IMG/VR virus record: IMGVR_UViG_3300028381_000129
Span: 2,821-66,820 of that record
Reading direction: 5' to 3' (one strand)
Origin: a virus
Lineage: Duplodnaviria; Caudoviricetes
DNA: 64,000 nt
In this document: piece after piece, positions 56,103 through 63,879 of the stretch
Position numbering within the stretch: position 1 is the first letter of the stretch
Layout of the letters: each line of letters opens with the position of its first letter
Program-made: the position numbers and the translations under genes
Notes under the pieces: model-generated
What the model saw: only the letters and a program-made list of their open reading frames with translations
Told to the model about the DNA's origin: nothing
Databases searched by the model: none

Positions 56103-56540
56103 ATGATCCGTCGCAATGAAGCCGCTGCTGCTGTGCAGGCCAGCAAGTCCAACATCATGCCGATGAAGTTCGGTCAGCGCATGGGCATGTCCCAGGCACC
56201 CGAAGTCGAAGCCAAGGCCGAGATCTGGCTGAACATCGGCTATGAAACCGGTGATCCGGAATATCCGCTGATCACTCTGCCGTTCGGCATCCCGATCGAC
56301 ACCCAGGGCGAATCTCCGCTGCGTGGTCAGAACCCCAAGTTCCTGGCCTTCACCAAGCGTAAGAACGAGCTGCTGAAGCAGATCCAGGCGGCCGGTGCCA
56401 AGCTCGCTCCGGGCGAAGAGGCCATCATCGGCGGCACCGAAGGTGGTCTGGTTCTCCAGCTACGTCGCCGTGCCACTGACTCGGCCGATCTTCCGGTCGA
56501 CGAGGACCTCCTGCCGGCCTTCGAGCTCAACCTGAACTAA
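56103..56540 (+). CDS. N4 gp2-like ssDNA-binding activator of RNAPII
   Basis: KAEIWLNIGY, ITLPFGIPIDT, NELLKQI..L.PGEE, LQLRRR. Confidence 0.8.
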   Translation: MIRRNEAAAAVQASKSNIMPMKFGQRMGMSQAPEVEAKAEIWLNIGYETGDPEYPLITLPFGIPIDTQGESPLRGQNPKFLAFTKRKNELLKQIQAAGAKLAPGEEAIIGGTEGGLVLQLRRRATDSADLPVDEDLLPAFELNLN

Positions 56541-56547
56541 GTCATTT

Positions 56548-56586
56548 TCCCCTATCACCAGCCTCAGTGCTGGTGGTGGGGGATTT
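56548..56586 (+). terminator. Stem-loop, probable terminator after gp2
   Basis: 15-bp stem TCCCCTATCACCAGC / GCTGGTGGTGGGGGA (two G-U pairs) followed by TTT. Confidence 0.6.
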
Positions 56587-56599
56587 GACTTATGTGTGG

Positions 56600-56880
56600 A
56601 TAGTTGAACACTCCATTCAACATGAAGGCAAACCAAGTTGAAACTTGTCGGCCAAACTGGCGGCAAACAGCTGGTAAGCCATCACCTGGAGTGAGTTTGC
56701 TCCGACGCAGGTCAGTAAGCCTATAAGTTAGGGCAAGCCGAGCGGCATGTGAGACGAGCTGCGGGAACCACAAAGGTCCAAGTGAGTCTGATATCGCTTG
56801 CGCAGAGGCCCGGCTGCATTTATGTGCAGGGTATTGGACCACGATGAACTGTTCGGGTCCCTCACACGAACCATGCCAAG
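56600..56880 (+). ncRNA. Second candidate structured non-coding element
   Basis: Nested helices GGCATG/CATGCC, TGAG/CTCA, CGAGC/GTTCG, GGTCCAA/TTGGACC, CTGCA/TGCAG; no SD-led ORF. Confidence 0.4.
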
Positions 56881-56896
56881 CACCGGTCTGACCCCA

Positions 56897-56915
56897 GGCG
56901 CTTCGCTTTTCTTGG
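56897..56915 (+). promoter_or_regulatory. N4-type vRNAP hairpin promoter 4 (weaker match)
   Basis: GGCGC-TTC-GCTTT-TCTT-GG, same spacing as promoters 1-3. Confidence 0.6.
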
Positions 56916-56970
56916 GCCTTCCTTGATAGGTCCACTCGTGAACAAATCATACACATATAGGGAAAAATAC

Positions 56971-57345
56971 ATGAACCAGTTTGGCGTTGAGGCGGGAAGC
57001 AATGTGGGTCGGGTGATCAGCAGCCATGATGTGGAAGCCAATCTGCTTCCGGCCAATTCGGTGTTCATCGACCACGGCTCAGCTTACGCAAATCCCTTCA
57101 CCCTGGCCGATCACGGCACCCAGGATGAGATCTGTGATCGCTACGAGCTGATGCTGGCGATGGATCAGGACAAGCTAAAGGGTCTCGATCATCTCACCGG
57201 CAAGAACGTCATCACGTTCTGGGCCGATCGTCGCAACCATGGTGAGACCCTGGTCGAACTGGCAGCGATGAGTATCGATCAGCGCCTCGAATGGGCCGAG
57301 AGCATCAAGATCAAGAACGGCATGGGACAGTCCCTGGCGGCCTAA
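56971..57345 (+). CDS. DUF4326-like protein (divergent)
   Basis: VFIDHGSAYANPF, L.GKNV...NHGETL; start corrected to ATG 56971. Confidence 0.65.
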   Translation: MNQFGVEAGSNVGRVISSHDVEANLLPANSVFIDHGSAYANPFTLADHGTQDEICDRYELMLAMDQDKLKGLDHLTGKNVITFWADRRNHGETLVELAAMSIDQRLEWAESIKIKNGMGQSLAA

Positions 57346-57373
57346 CCCTGCCAGACTGAACCAGACAAGCCAG

Positions 57374-57418
57374 AAGGGCAGTTGGTCACCCGTCAGGGGA
57401 AGGACCGGCTGCCCTTTT
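57374..57418 (+). terminator. Stem-loop/terminator-like element
   Basis: AAGGGCAGTTGGTC...GACCGGCTGCCCTT followed by TT. Confidence 0.5.
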
Positions 57419-57436
57419 CATATCAAGGAGATCAGC

Positions 57437-57658
57437 ATGGCAACCGCAATGATCATCGGTGCAGTGGCCGGGTTTTGGTTGGGCGTGAGCTTCAGCATCC
57501 TGACTTTTCAGAACCTGGAACGCACAGCCCAACACATGCGCCAACTTGGGCTGAAGCACGCAAAAGTGACCATCAACGGGCTGATGTTTGCTCTGTGGAT
57601 GATGGGTTTCATTTCAGGTGGAGCTCTGCTGGGGGCAGCCATTCACGCAATGATATGA
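57437..57658 (+). CDS. Two-TM early membrane protein, 73 aa
   Basis: AAGGAG SD; two hydrophobic segments. Confidence 0.7.
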   Translation: MATAMIIGAVAGFWLGVSFSILTFQNLERTAQHMRQLGLKHAKVTINGLMFALWMMGFISGGALLGAAIHAMI

Positions 57659-57876
57659 GTGCTTCAATCGAGGATCTCGCGTGGAAGCTGGTCAACAAGC
57701 ATCCCAATGACAAGTCTGGCTATGTGCTGAGCCTGATGAGGCGTCGGTTCTCGGAAATCCAGATCCTGAGAGCTGTCACCAATGCCTATCAGCTGCTGAA
57801 GATGGTCGATCCAGATCATCCTTCATTGCCCAAAAGCACCAGCTACGCAGTCATGGACATGTTCTACAAAGGATAA
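57655..57876 (+). CDS. Small helical early protein, 73 aa
   Basis: ATGA overlap; contains NAYQLLKMVDPD, similar to 59131-59343. Confidence 0.65.
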   Translation: MSASIEDLAWKLVNKHPNDKSGYVLSLMRRRFSEIQILRAVTNAYQLLKMVDPDHPSLPKSTSYAVMDMFYKG

Positions 57877-57879
57877 CTT

Positions 57880-58068
57880 ATGGGGAGCCCTCTCCACGAC
57901 AATGCTTTCCTGCACCTGTGTGCGATCATCAGCCTGTTCGCTGTGGTCCTGGTGCTGGTGGCTACCTTCGTCCCTCAATGGAAATTCGACCATGAGGTCG
58001 ATTACCCCAATGCTGCTAGGGCAGTGATGGTGGTGCTCATCCTCGGTCTGCTCAGAGGAGCATTCTGA
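57880..58068 (+). CDS. Two-TM early membrane protein, 62 aa
   Basis: AAGGA SD; two hydrophobic segments. Confidence 0.65.
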   Translation: MGSPLHDNAFLHLCAIISLFAVVLVLVATFVPQWKFDHEVDYPNAARAVMVVLILGLLRGAF

Positions 58069-58523
58069 TGTTCGTCATCTTCGATCTCGATGGCACCCTC
58101 GCCAACATCGAGCACCGTCTCCACCACATCCGCAAGAAGGATGATCAGGGCAACAAGCTCAAGCCAAACTGGGACCAGTTCCACCTCGATTGCGTGCATG
58201 ATGAGCCGATCTGGCCGATCATCAACATCTTTCGGGCACTTCGGCATCAACGGCACACTATCGAGATCTGGTCTGGCCGCAGCGACAAGGTTCGGGCAGA
58301 GACTGTGAACTGGCTCGAATTCCATGGTATCTTCGCGGACAAACTGCTGATGCGGATGCACGGTGACCATCGTCCCGATCACGAACTGAAAGAGCTCTGG
58401 CTCGATCAGCTCATCGGGATTAGGGACAAACCCGATCTCGTCTTCGATGACCGTTCTCGCCTGGTCGAGATGTGGAGGCGCAATGGCATCCAGTGCTGCC
58501 AGGTTGCATTCGGCGATTTCTGA
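58068..58523 (+). CDS. HAD-family phosphatase (PseT/PNKP 3'-phosphatase-like, stand-alone)
   Basis: VIFDLDGT (motif I), WSGR (II), ELK (III), VFDDR (IV), GIQCCQVAFGDF C-terminus. Confidence 0.88.
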   Translation: MFVIFDLDGTLANIEHRLHHIRKKDDQGNKLKPNWDQFHLDCVHDEPIWPIINIFRALRHQRHTIEIWSGRSDKVRAETVNWLEFHGIFADKLLMRMHGDHRPDHELKELWLDQLIGIRDKPDLVFDDRSRLVEMWRRNGIQCCQVAFGDF

Positions 58524-58768
58524 TGAGCCAGGAGGAACAACCTGATCTGGGTGTTCTGGCTGCCCAATATCATCTCGCTCTGAACAATGACCCTGAGGAT
58601 CGGGGCAATCATGCTCTCCAGATCCGTGACCAGATGATTGACCAATTCGGTGTCCGACAGGCCTTCGAGGCCATCCGGCTCGCCAAGGATGTGGTCGAGA
58701 TGCTGGGCATGGAGCCTGGTTCGGCTGTTCTGTCTCCAGAGTGGTCGCTTCTCTCCTGGCGGTCTTAG
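58523..58768 (+). CDS. Small helical early protein, 81 aa
   Basis: TGATG coupling to the HAD gene. Confidence 0.6.
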   Translation: MSQEEQPDLGVLAAQYHLALNNDPEDRGNHALQIRDQMIDQFGVRQAFEAIRLAKDVVEMLGMEPGSAVLSPEWSLLSWRS

Positions 58769-58789
58769 CCCTGAAACAAGGAGGAAAAC

Positions 58790-59131
58790 ATGCCTGAACT
58801 CACCGAATATGCGGTCAGGATCAAAGGCACCCAATGCTACCTGCCGCGTCAACAACGTCGTGACGGTCGGGGCGGATCACACCTCGAACCAGTGGACTTC
58901 GCTGACCGATCCTCGTGGCCCAAGCGCTATGCGAAGGACATGCAGATCCGCAGCTACACTACCGAGAAGGCTGCCAAGAACCTGCTCAGCTCATGGCTTC
59001 AGGGAGCTGTCGGCTGCACCAGGTACGGCTCCTACGAAGATTACGACGAGGAAAACTACCTAATACCGAAACCTCATCGGATCCCGGAAATGATGGAGAT
59101 CGTGAAGATCACGATCATTCTGCCTGACTGA
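58790..59131 (+). CDS. Hypothetical early protein, 113 aa
   Basis: AGGAGG SD. Confidence 0.7.
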   Translation: MPELTEYAVRIKGTQCYLPRQQRRDGRGGSHLEPVDFADRSSWPKRYAKDMQIRSYTTEKAAKNLLSSWLQGAVGCTRYGSYEDYDEENYLIPKPHRIPEMMEIVKITIILPD

Positions 59132-59343
59132 TGACATCGGTCCATGACAGCACTCCGATCGAGGAGCTCGCTCTGGAATACTGGGCGGCTGTTCGGAAAA
59201 GGAAACGAGATCAATTTCTTGCACTGCAAGAGAGGATCTTCACACGAGCTGGCCCAGTTTACGGCCAAGTCTACCTCAACAACGCCCTGGAACTCCTCAA
59301 GATGGTAGATCCAGAAGCGGAGAAACTCAGGTTGATAAGATGA
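59131..59343 (+). CDS. Small helical early protein, 70 aa
   Basis: TGATG coupling; contains NALELLKMVDPE. Confidence 0.65.
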   Translation: MTSVHDSTPIEELALEYWAAVRKRKRDQFLALQERIFTRAGPVYGQVYLNNALELLKMVDPEAEKLRLIR

Positions 59344-59507
59344 AACTCGAACACACTTTCATGGAAGACCATGACGGTCTCCGTGTGACCAAGATCGGCT
59401 TGATCAAGGGCCGATATCCGATGGTCTGCCTGGAAAACTCCACCCTGCTGGGTGAAATCCGCAGGCGGAGATCCATCATCGAGCGCAACATCCAGCAGTG
59501 GAGCTGA
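59340..59507 (+). CDS. Small early protein, 55 aa
   Basis: Translated by hand (MKLEHTFMEDHDGLRVTKIG...); ATGA overlap. Confidence 0.55.
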   Translation: MKLEHTFMEDHDGLRVTKIGLIKGRYPMVCLENSTLLGEIRRRRSIIERNIQQWS

Positions 59508-59510
59508 GCC

Positions 59511-59675
59511 ATGAAACCTTATTTTCAAGAGGGTGCCCAAGACATGGGCATATTTGAAGGCATGGGGGCGGGCTGGTATTTCAAATACGGCTCCTGTGAA
59601 TATGGGCCTTACCTCACAGAGGAGGAAGCAAGATCCGTCCAAAGAGAAGTCAATTATGGTGGGCCGGACGACTAA
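59511..59675 (+). CDS. Small early protein, 54 aa, with GWYF...GPY.TEEEA motif
   Basis: Translated by hand; GGAG upstream. Confidence 0.55.
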   Translation: MKPYFQEGAQDMGIFEGMGAGWYFKYGSCEYGPYLTEEEARSVQREVNYGGPDD

Positions 59676-59704
59676 TTCTGGCTTTTATCGAGATTGGATT
59701 TGAT

Positions 59705-60550
59705 ATGCTCGCGATCACTGACAAGGCCACGGCTCGTCTGGATCTCCAGATCGAGCTGGAGGAGCTCTATTCCAAGAACCAGCTGCTGCCTCGGATCAGG
59801 CAGGAGTTCACCAGCTGTGAGGATATCGATTTCGAGGCCTTCATGGCTGAGCACGAGATCCCGTTCGATTTCGGCATGGACCTCCTGGTTCAGATGGTGC
59901 TCCACAAGCGTACCACCCTGCCGACCCTGGTGGGCATCCTCAGGCACCATTTCGAGCCAGATGCCAATGCCAGCCAGCTGACGGCTGACATGCTCTGGAA
60001 GTGCGCTGAGATCGACCTGGTGACCTGGGATGATCTCACCACCAAGTTCATCCTGGAGTTCGATATCAGCCCTGATATCCAGGCCGAGATCGACCAGTAC
60101 CAGTTCCCGCTACCGATGGTGGTTCAGCCTCCGGTAATTACCACCAACCAGGAGACCGGGTATCTCACCTGCCCTGGTTCGATCATCCTCAAGAAGAACC
60201 ATCACGATGACGATGTGTGCCTCGATCACATCAACCGGATGAACTCGATCAGGTTCTCGATCGACGACGACACGGCGTTCATGATCCAGAACTCCTGGAG
60301 GAACCTGGACCGAGCCAAGGATGGTGAGGGGGTCCAGGAATTCCAGAAGAGGGTCAGAGCCTTCGAGAAATATGATCGAACCAGCAAGGACGTGATCGGC
60401 AAGATCCTCAGCCTGGGCAATGAGTTCTACCTCACCCACAAATACGACAAACGAGGCCGCATCTACTGCCAGGGCTACCATGTCACCTACCAGGGCAATC
60501 CCTGGAACAAGGCGGTGATCGAGCTTGCAGACAAGGAGATCGTCGAATGA
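59705..60550 (+). CDS. RNA polymerase II subunit 1 (N4 gp15-like)
   Basis: QLELEELY-like start, YQFPLPMVVQP, LTHKYDKRGRIYCQGYHV.YQGN.WNKA. Confidence 0.93.
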   Translation: MLAITDKATARLDLQIELEELYSKNQLLPRIRQEFTSCEDIDFEAFMAEHEIPFDFGMDLLVQMVLHKRTTLPTLVGILRHHFEPDANASQLTADMLWKCAEIDLVTWDDLTTKFILEFDISPDIQAEIDQYQFPLPMVVQPPVITTNQETGYLTCPGSIILKKNHHDDDVCLDHINRMNSIRFSIDDDTAFMIQNSWRNLDRAKDGEGVQEFQKRVRAFEKYDRTSKDVIGKILSLGNEFYLTHKYDKRGRIYCQGYHVTYQGNPWNKAVIELADKEIVE

Positions 60551-60804
60551 TTGGATCACCCAGCAATCTAGAGGTGCTGCTCCACTGCTATTATTCTAGT
60601 GAACCTCATCCAAGAGCTGATGCTCCAGCAGTGATGGAAGGCATCAACTACCTCATCAATACGGGGATGATTTACGCTATCACCTACAACGGCAACACTG
60701 GTGAGGAGACCTGGAAGACGACTGCCAAGGGTGAAGCCTATATAGAACACCTGATGAGCATCCCATTCCCGGTTGCGACCTGGGTAATCCCGGATTCTGT
60801 CTGA
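60547..60804 (+). CDS. Hypothetical protein, 85 aa (winged-helix-like)
   Basis: AAGGAG SD, ATGA overlap; W..TAKGEAYIEHL. Confidence 0.65.
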   Translation: MIGSPSNLEVLLHCYYSSEPHPRADAPAVMEGINYLINTGMIYAITYNGNTGEETWKTTAKGEAYIEHLMSIPFPVATWVIPDSV

Positions 60805-61049
60805 TGGTCGTCGTTCCGATCAAAGACCCGGAAGCAGCTGTCCCCTCGGTGGCCTATGTGATCCTGCGAAGGACCAAGGACGGCTACACCGAGGTGGGCA
60901 TCAATGCGTTCGGTGAGCTGATGATCCGCTACACTCAGAACGGCACGATCAAGGCCGTCATCCCTATGGGACCAGCCACGAAGGAGAACCTCCTAGAACT
61001 CAACATGATGTTCGATGAGCTGGCCCACTTCATCAACCCAGAGATTTAG
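60804..61049 (+). CDS. Hypothetical protein, 81 aa
   Basis: TGATG coupling. Confidence 0.6.
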   Translation: MVVVPIKDPEAAVPSVAYVILRRTKDGYTEVGINAFGELMIRYTQNGTIKAVIPMGPATKENLLELNMMFDELAHFINPEI

Positions 61050-61051
61050 TC

Positions 61052-61312
61052 ATGCAAATTCCCAGTGACCCCATGGAGCGCCTCATAGCCGAGGCGCTCC
61101 AGGATGCAGGTGAACCCTATCTACATGAAGTCCCAACCGGTAATCGGGCGATCGACTTCTATCTACCTAATCGAGACATCTACATCGAAGTGAAGCGGTT
61201 TCACTCGGACCGTCTCGATGCCCAAATGTCCGTCTGCGAAAACATTATCGCTGTTCAAGGCAAGCCCGCAGTCCAAATGTTGGCGAGGCTACTCCGAAGC
61301 ATGAACCGATGA
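61052..61312 (+). CDS. Minimal PD-(D/E)XK nuclease-like protein, 86 aa
   Basis: ERLIAEAL...IDFYLPNRDIYIEVK. Confidence 0.6.
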   Translation: MQIPSDPMERLIAEALQDAGEPYLHEVPTGNRAIDFYLPNRDIYIEVKRFHSDRLDAQMSVCENIIAVQGKPAVQMLARLLRSMNR

Positions 61313-61533
61313 CCTACCTGGACGGCTTCATTGCCGGCCAATGGCACGCCATCGAGAACCTGATCAACCAGCTGAACAGCGATGATACGGTCATGAGCCG
61401 AGGGGACTTCTGTGCCCTGCTCATGGCCTATCGCCCACGCATTCCAGAGGAAGCAGAACCATGTTCCAGACCTTTACCGGACGCGACTACCTCAAGATCG
61501 ATATCGCCAACAGCTTCGGCCTCGACAAGCTAA
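61309..61533 (+). CDS. Hypothetical protein overlapping the RNAP2 start
   Basis: ATGA coupling; 3' end overlaps RNAP2 by about 70 nt. Confidence 0.5.
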   Translation: MTYLDGFIAGQWHAIENLINQLNSDDTVMSRGDFCALLMAYRPRIPEEAEPCSRPLPDATTSRSISPTASASTS

Positions 61534-62669
61534 CTTGGGATGCTCGGATCTCCTGGTTCGACCAAAACGAGCACCAGCTCGATCAGCTTCTGAAGCAGGC
61601 AGCTGAGCCGGCCCTGTTCTATGCAGGTGTGAAGGCCTGGCGTGATGTCCTGGCCGGCAAACCGATCGGCTACATGATCAGCCTCGATGCTACCTCCTCC
61701 GGGTTGCAGATCCTCGCAGCTCTCACGGGCGACAGGAGCGCAGCGCAGCTGTGCAACGTCGTCGACACGGGAGGGCGAGAGGATGCTTACACCTCGATCT
61801 ATCAACTCATGCTCAACGAGCTGGGCCAGAGCGCCAAGATCAAGCGTGACGATGTGAAACAGGCCGTAATGACCGCCCTCTACAGCTCCAAGGCTGTGCC
61901 CAAGCGGGTCTTCGGAGAGGGTGAACTGCTCGGGCTCTTTTACCAGGTCATGGAGACTGCTGCTCCTGCTGCCTGGGAACTGAACGAGACCATGCTTCAG
62001 CTCTGGAACCCGGAGGCCCACTCCAACGACTGGGTGATGCCGGACAACTTCCACGTCCACATCAAGGTGCTCGATACCGTGACCGAGACCGTTCACTTCG
62101 ACAACCAGCCGTTCGAGGTGAATTACAAGGTCAACCGGCCGATGCCGGAAGGACGGTCACTGGGAGCCAACATGGTTCATGCCATCGACGGCATGATCGT
62201 CCGTGAGATCACACGCCGCTGTGATTATGACCAGAAAAAGGTGGACCGACTCCGCTACTTCCTCACCACTTATCAATCGCTTGGGGTGACCGCGGAACTC
62301 GACGACAATGACAAGATGGTGGATATCCTCTGGAAGCATTACCAGGCGACAGGCTACCTCTCGGCCCGGATCATCGATCACCTGAACCAGAACAACCTGG
62401 GCAACGTCGACGCTGCGGTAATCCAGCAGTTGCTGGACAGCCTGCCAGTCAAGCCTTTCAAGGTCATCTCGATCCATGACTGCTTCCGCTGTCTGCCCCA
62501 CTACGGGAATGATCTGCGCAGGCAATACAACCTCCAGCTGGAGATGATTGCCAAGTCCGAACTGCTCAGCTTCCTGATCAGCCAGCTCATTGGCCGGTCA
62601 GTGCAGGTGGGTAAGCTCGATCCTGATCTCTGGAAGGATATCAGCGAAACCAACTATGCACTGAGCTGA
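61461..62669 (+). CDS. RNA polymerase II subunit 2 (N4 gp16-like)
   Basis: YLKIDIANSFGLDK, motif A LDATSSGLQ, motif B R..VKQAVMTALYSS, ANMVHAIDG, motif C IHDCF. Confidence 0.95.
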   Translation: MFQTFTGRDYLKIDIANSFGLDKLTWDARISWFDQNEHQLDQLLKQAAEPALFYAGVKAWRDVLAGKPIGYMISLDATSSGLQILAALTGDRSAAQLCNVVDTGGREDAYTSIYQLMLNELGQSAKIKRDDVKQAVMTALYSSKAVPKRVFGEGELLGLFYQVMETAAPAAWELNETMLQLWNPEAHSNDWVMPDNFHVHIKVLDTVTETVHFDNQPFEVNYKVNRPMPEGRSLGANMVHAIDGMIVREITRRCDYDQKKVDRLRYFLTTYQSLGVTAELDDNDKMVDILWKHYQATGYLSARIIDHLNQNNLGNVDAAVIQQLLDSLPVKPFKVISIHDCFRCLPHYGNDLRRQYNLQLEMIAKSELLSFLISQLIGRSVQVGKLDPDLWKDISETNYALS

Positions 62670-62752
62670 AACTGATTGCATAGTGAGTTGAATTATGTGT
62701 CGGATTAAGTCACCCAGGGGGAGGCTTACTCCGGCGCAAAGGTCCACTCACC

Positions 62753-63235
62753 ATGTCCGCATTCAAGGTTGTCTACAAGGCCTCCACCAAGAACGTGAAG
62801 GTCATCCCCTCTGCCACTGCCATTCCCTCGGGCTATACCGATGCTGGCACCTTCAATCACATCGCTGATGCTGCCGACAAGCATGGTGCCGATGTCAATC
62901 ACACGATCATCCACCACATCAACAGTCGGCTCTACAGCATCGGCGTGCTCACCACCCAGAACCTGACCATCGATGTCCCGGTGGACTCGATGACGCTCAC
63001 CCCGAACAAGACCACCCTCGACATTTCGGATGGCGATCGGGGCTATCTGGCCATTGCCTTCAATCCGCCGTTCGCTCCCAAGCAGGCGGTGACGTACTCG
63101 TCCTCGGATACCTCGAAGGCCACGGTCGATGCCAACGGCAAGGTGACCCCGGTGGGTGCAGGCTCGGTGACCATCACCGTGACCAATACCGACAGCGGCA
63201 AGACTGCCACTCAGGTCTTCACCATTCAGGCCTGA
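62753..63235 (+). CDS. Ig-like (Big_2) capsid decoration protein (N4 gp17-like)
   Basis: VTYSSSDTSKATVDANGKVTPVGAGSVTITVT; position after RNAP2. Confidence 0.8.
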   Translation: MSAFKVVYKASTKNVKVIPSATAIPSGYTDAGTFNHIADAADKHGADVNHTIIHHINSRLYSIGVLTTQNLTIDVPVDSMTLTPNKTTLDISDGDRGYLAIAFNPPFAPKQAVTYSSSDTSKATVDANGKVTPVGAGSVTITVTNTDSGKTATQVFTIQA

Positions 63236-63262
63236 CCTCGACTCACCTCAACCTGAACCAGG

Positions 63263-63296
63263 AGAGAGCATCCCATGACGGGGTGCTCTCTTTTTT
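63263..63296 (+). terminator. Intrinsic terminator after the gp17-like gene
   Basis: AGAGAGCATCCC-ATGAC-GGGGTGCTCTCT followed by TTTTT. Confidence 0.85.
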
Positions 63297-63309
63297 GTGT
63301 CAGGGGAGA

Positions 63310-63513
63310 TCAGCCTTTTCGTGGTTCTGTGGGATCGTAAACCACGGTTAAACACGACTCACATACGATGGAGGCCGAAATGTGACGCTACTCAACGCAA
63401 GTTTGATGGAAGCAAGCTTGCGCTCACCCCAGATTCATGCAAGGTAGAGATGCCGCTCGCGGCACCCTCTCCCAACCTTAGGCCCACCTGTTCCGTAGGT
63501 GGGCCTTCTTTTT
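63310..63513 (+). ncRNA. Candidate small RNA between two terminators
   Basis: Begins at the TCAGCCTTTTCGTGG motif; helices CGTGGTT/AACCACG, CGCAAGTTTG/CAAGCTTGCG, AAGGT-AGAG-TGCC/GGCA-CTCT-ACCTT; ends in a terminator. Confidence 0.5.
63480..63513 (+). terminator. Intrinsic terminator
   Basis: AGGCCCACCT-GTTCCGT-AGGTGGGCCT followed by TCTTTTT. Confidence 0.8.
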
Positions 63514-63576
63514 CTGGGTCTTTGGTGGGCCTCACTGGCTCCAGATCCGAGGAACACATCACACAGGAGTCTCTAC

Positions 63577-63876
63577 ATGCCCGAGACACCCCCGATCCGC
63601 ATCCAATCCGACACCATCCAATCGCAGATGATGTCCTTTGGTTTGAACATCACCATGCCTGCCGATGCCTTGGTCCTATTCAAGACCCAGCCGTCTGAGG
63701 AGACCAAACTGATCTGCCTGGTGATGAGCTATGGCTATGCCCACGTCACCCGCACGCTCAGTGCTGAGGAAGCTCGTGCTGTCGGCCAGGAGCTGATCGA
63801 CTTCGCCAATGAAGCAGAAAACCAGGCTAATGCAGAGGCCAAGGCCATGCTCGACAGCCTCCAGAAGAAGGCCTGA
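63577..63876 (+). CDS. Hypothetical protein, 99 aa
   Basis: AGGAG SD, ATG 63577. Confidence 0.7.
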   Translation: MPETPPIRIQSDTIQSQMMSFGLNITMPADALVLFKTQPSEETKLICLVMSYGYAHVTRTLSAEEARAVGQELIDFANEAENQANAEAKAMLDSLQKKA

Positions 63877-63879
63877 GTC

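Noticed and set aside
56620-56670. c-di-GMP-I (GEMM) riboswitch suggested by GGCAAACC...GAAA
   Set aside because: The downstream GACGCAAAGCC half is absent.
56755-56845. Group I intron suggested by CTGCGGGAA and CGCAG (P/Q-like)
   Set aside because: No R/S (P7) elements, the region is too short, and no gene is interrupted.
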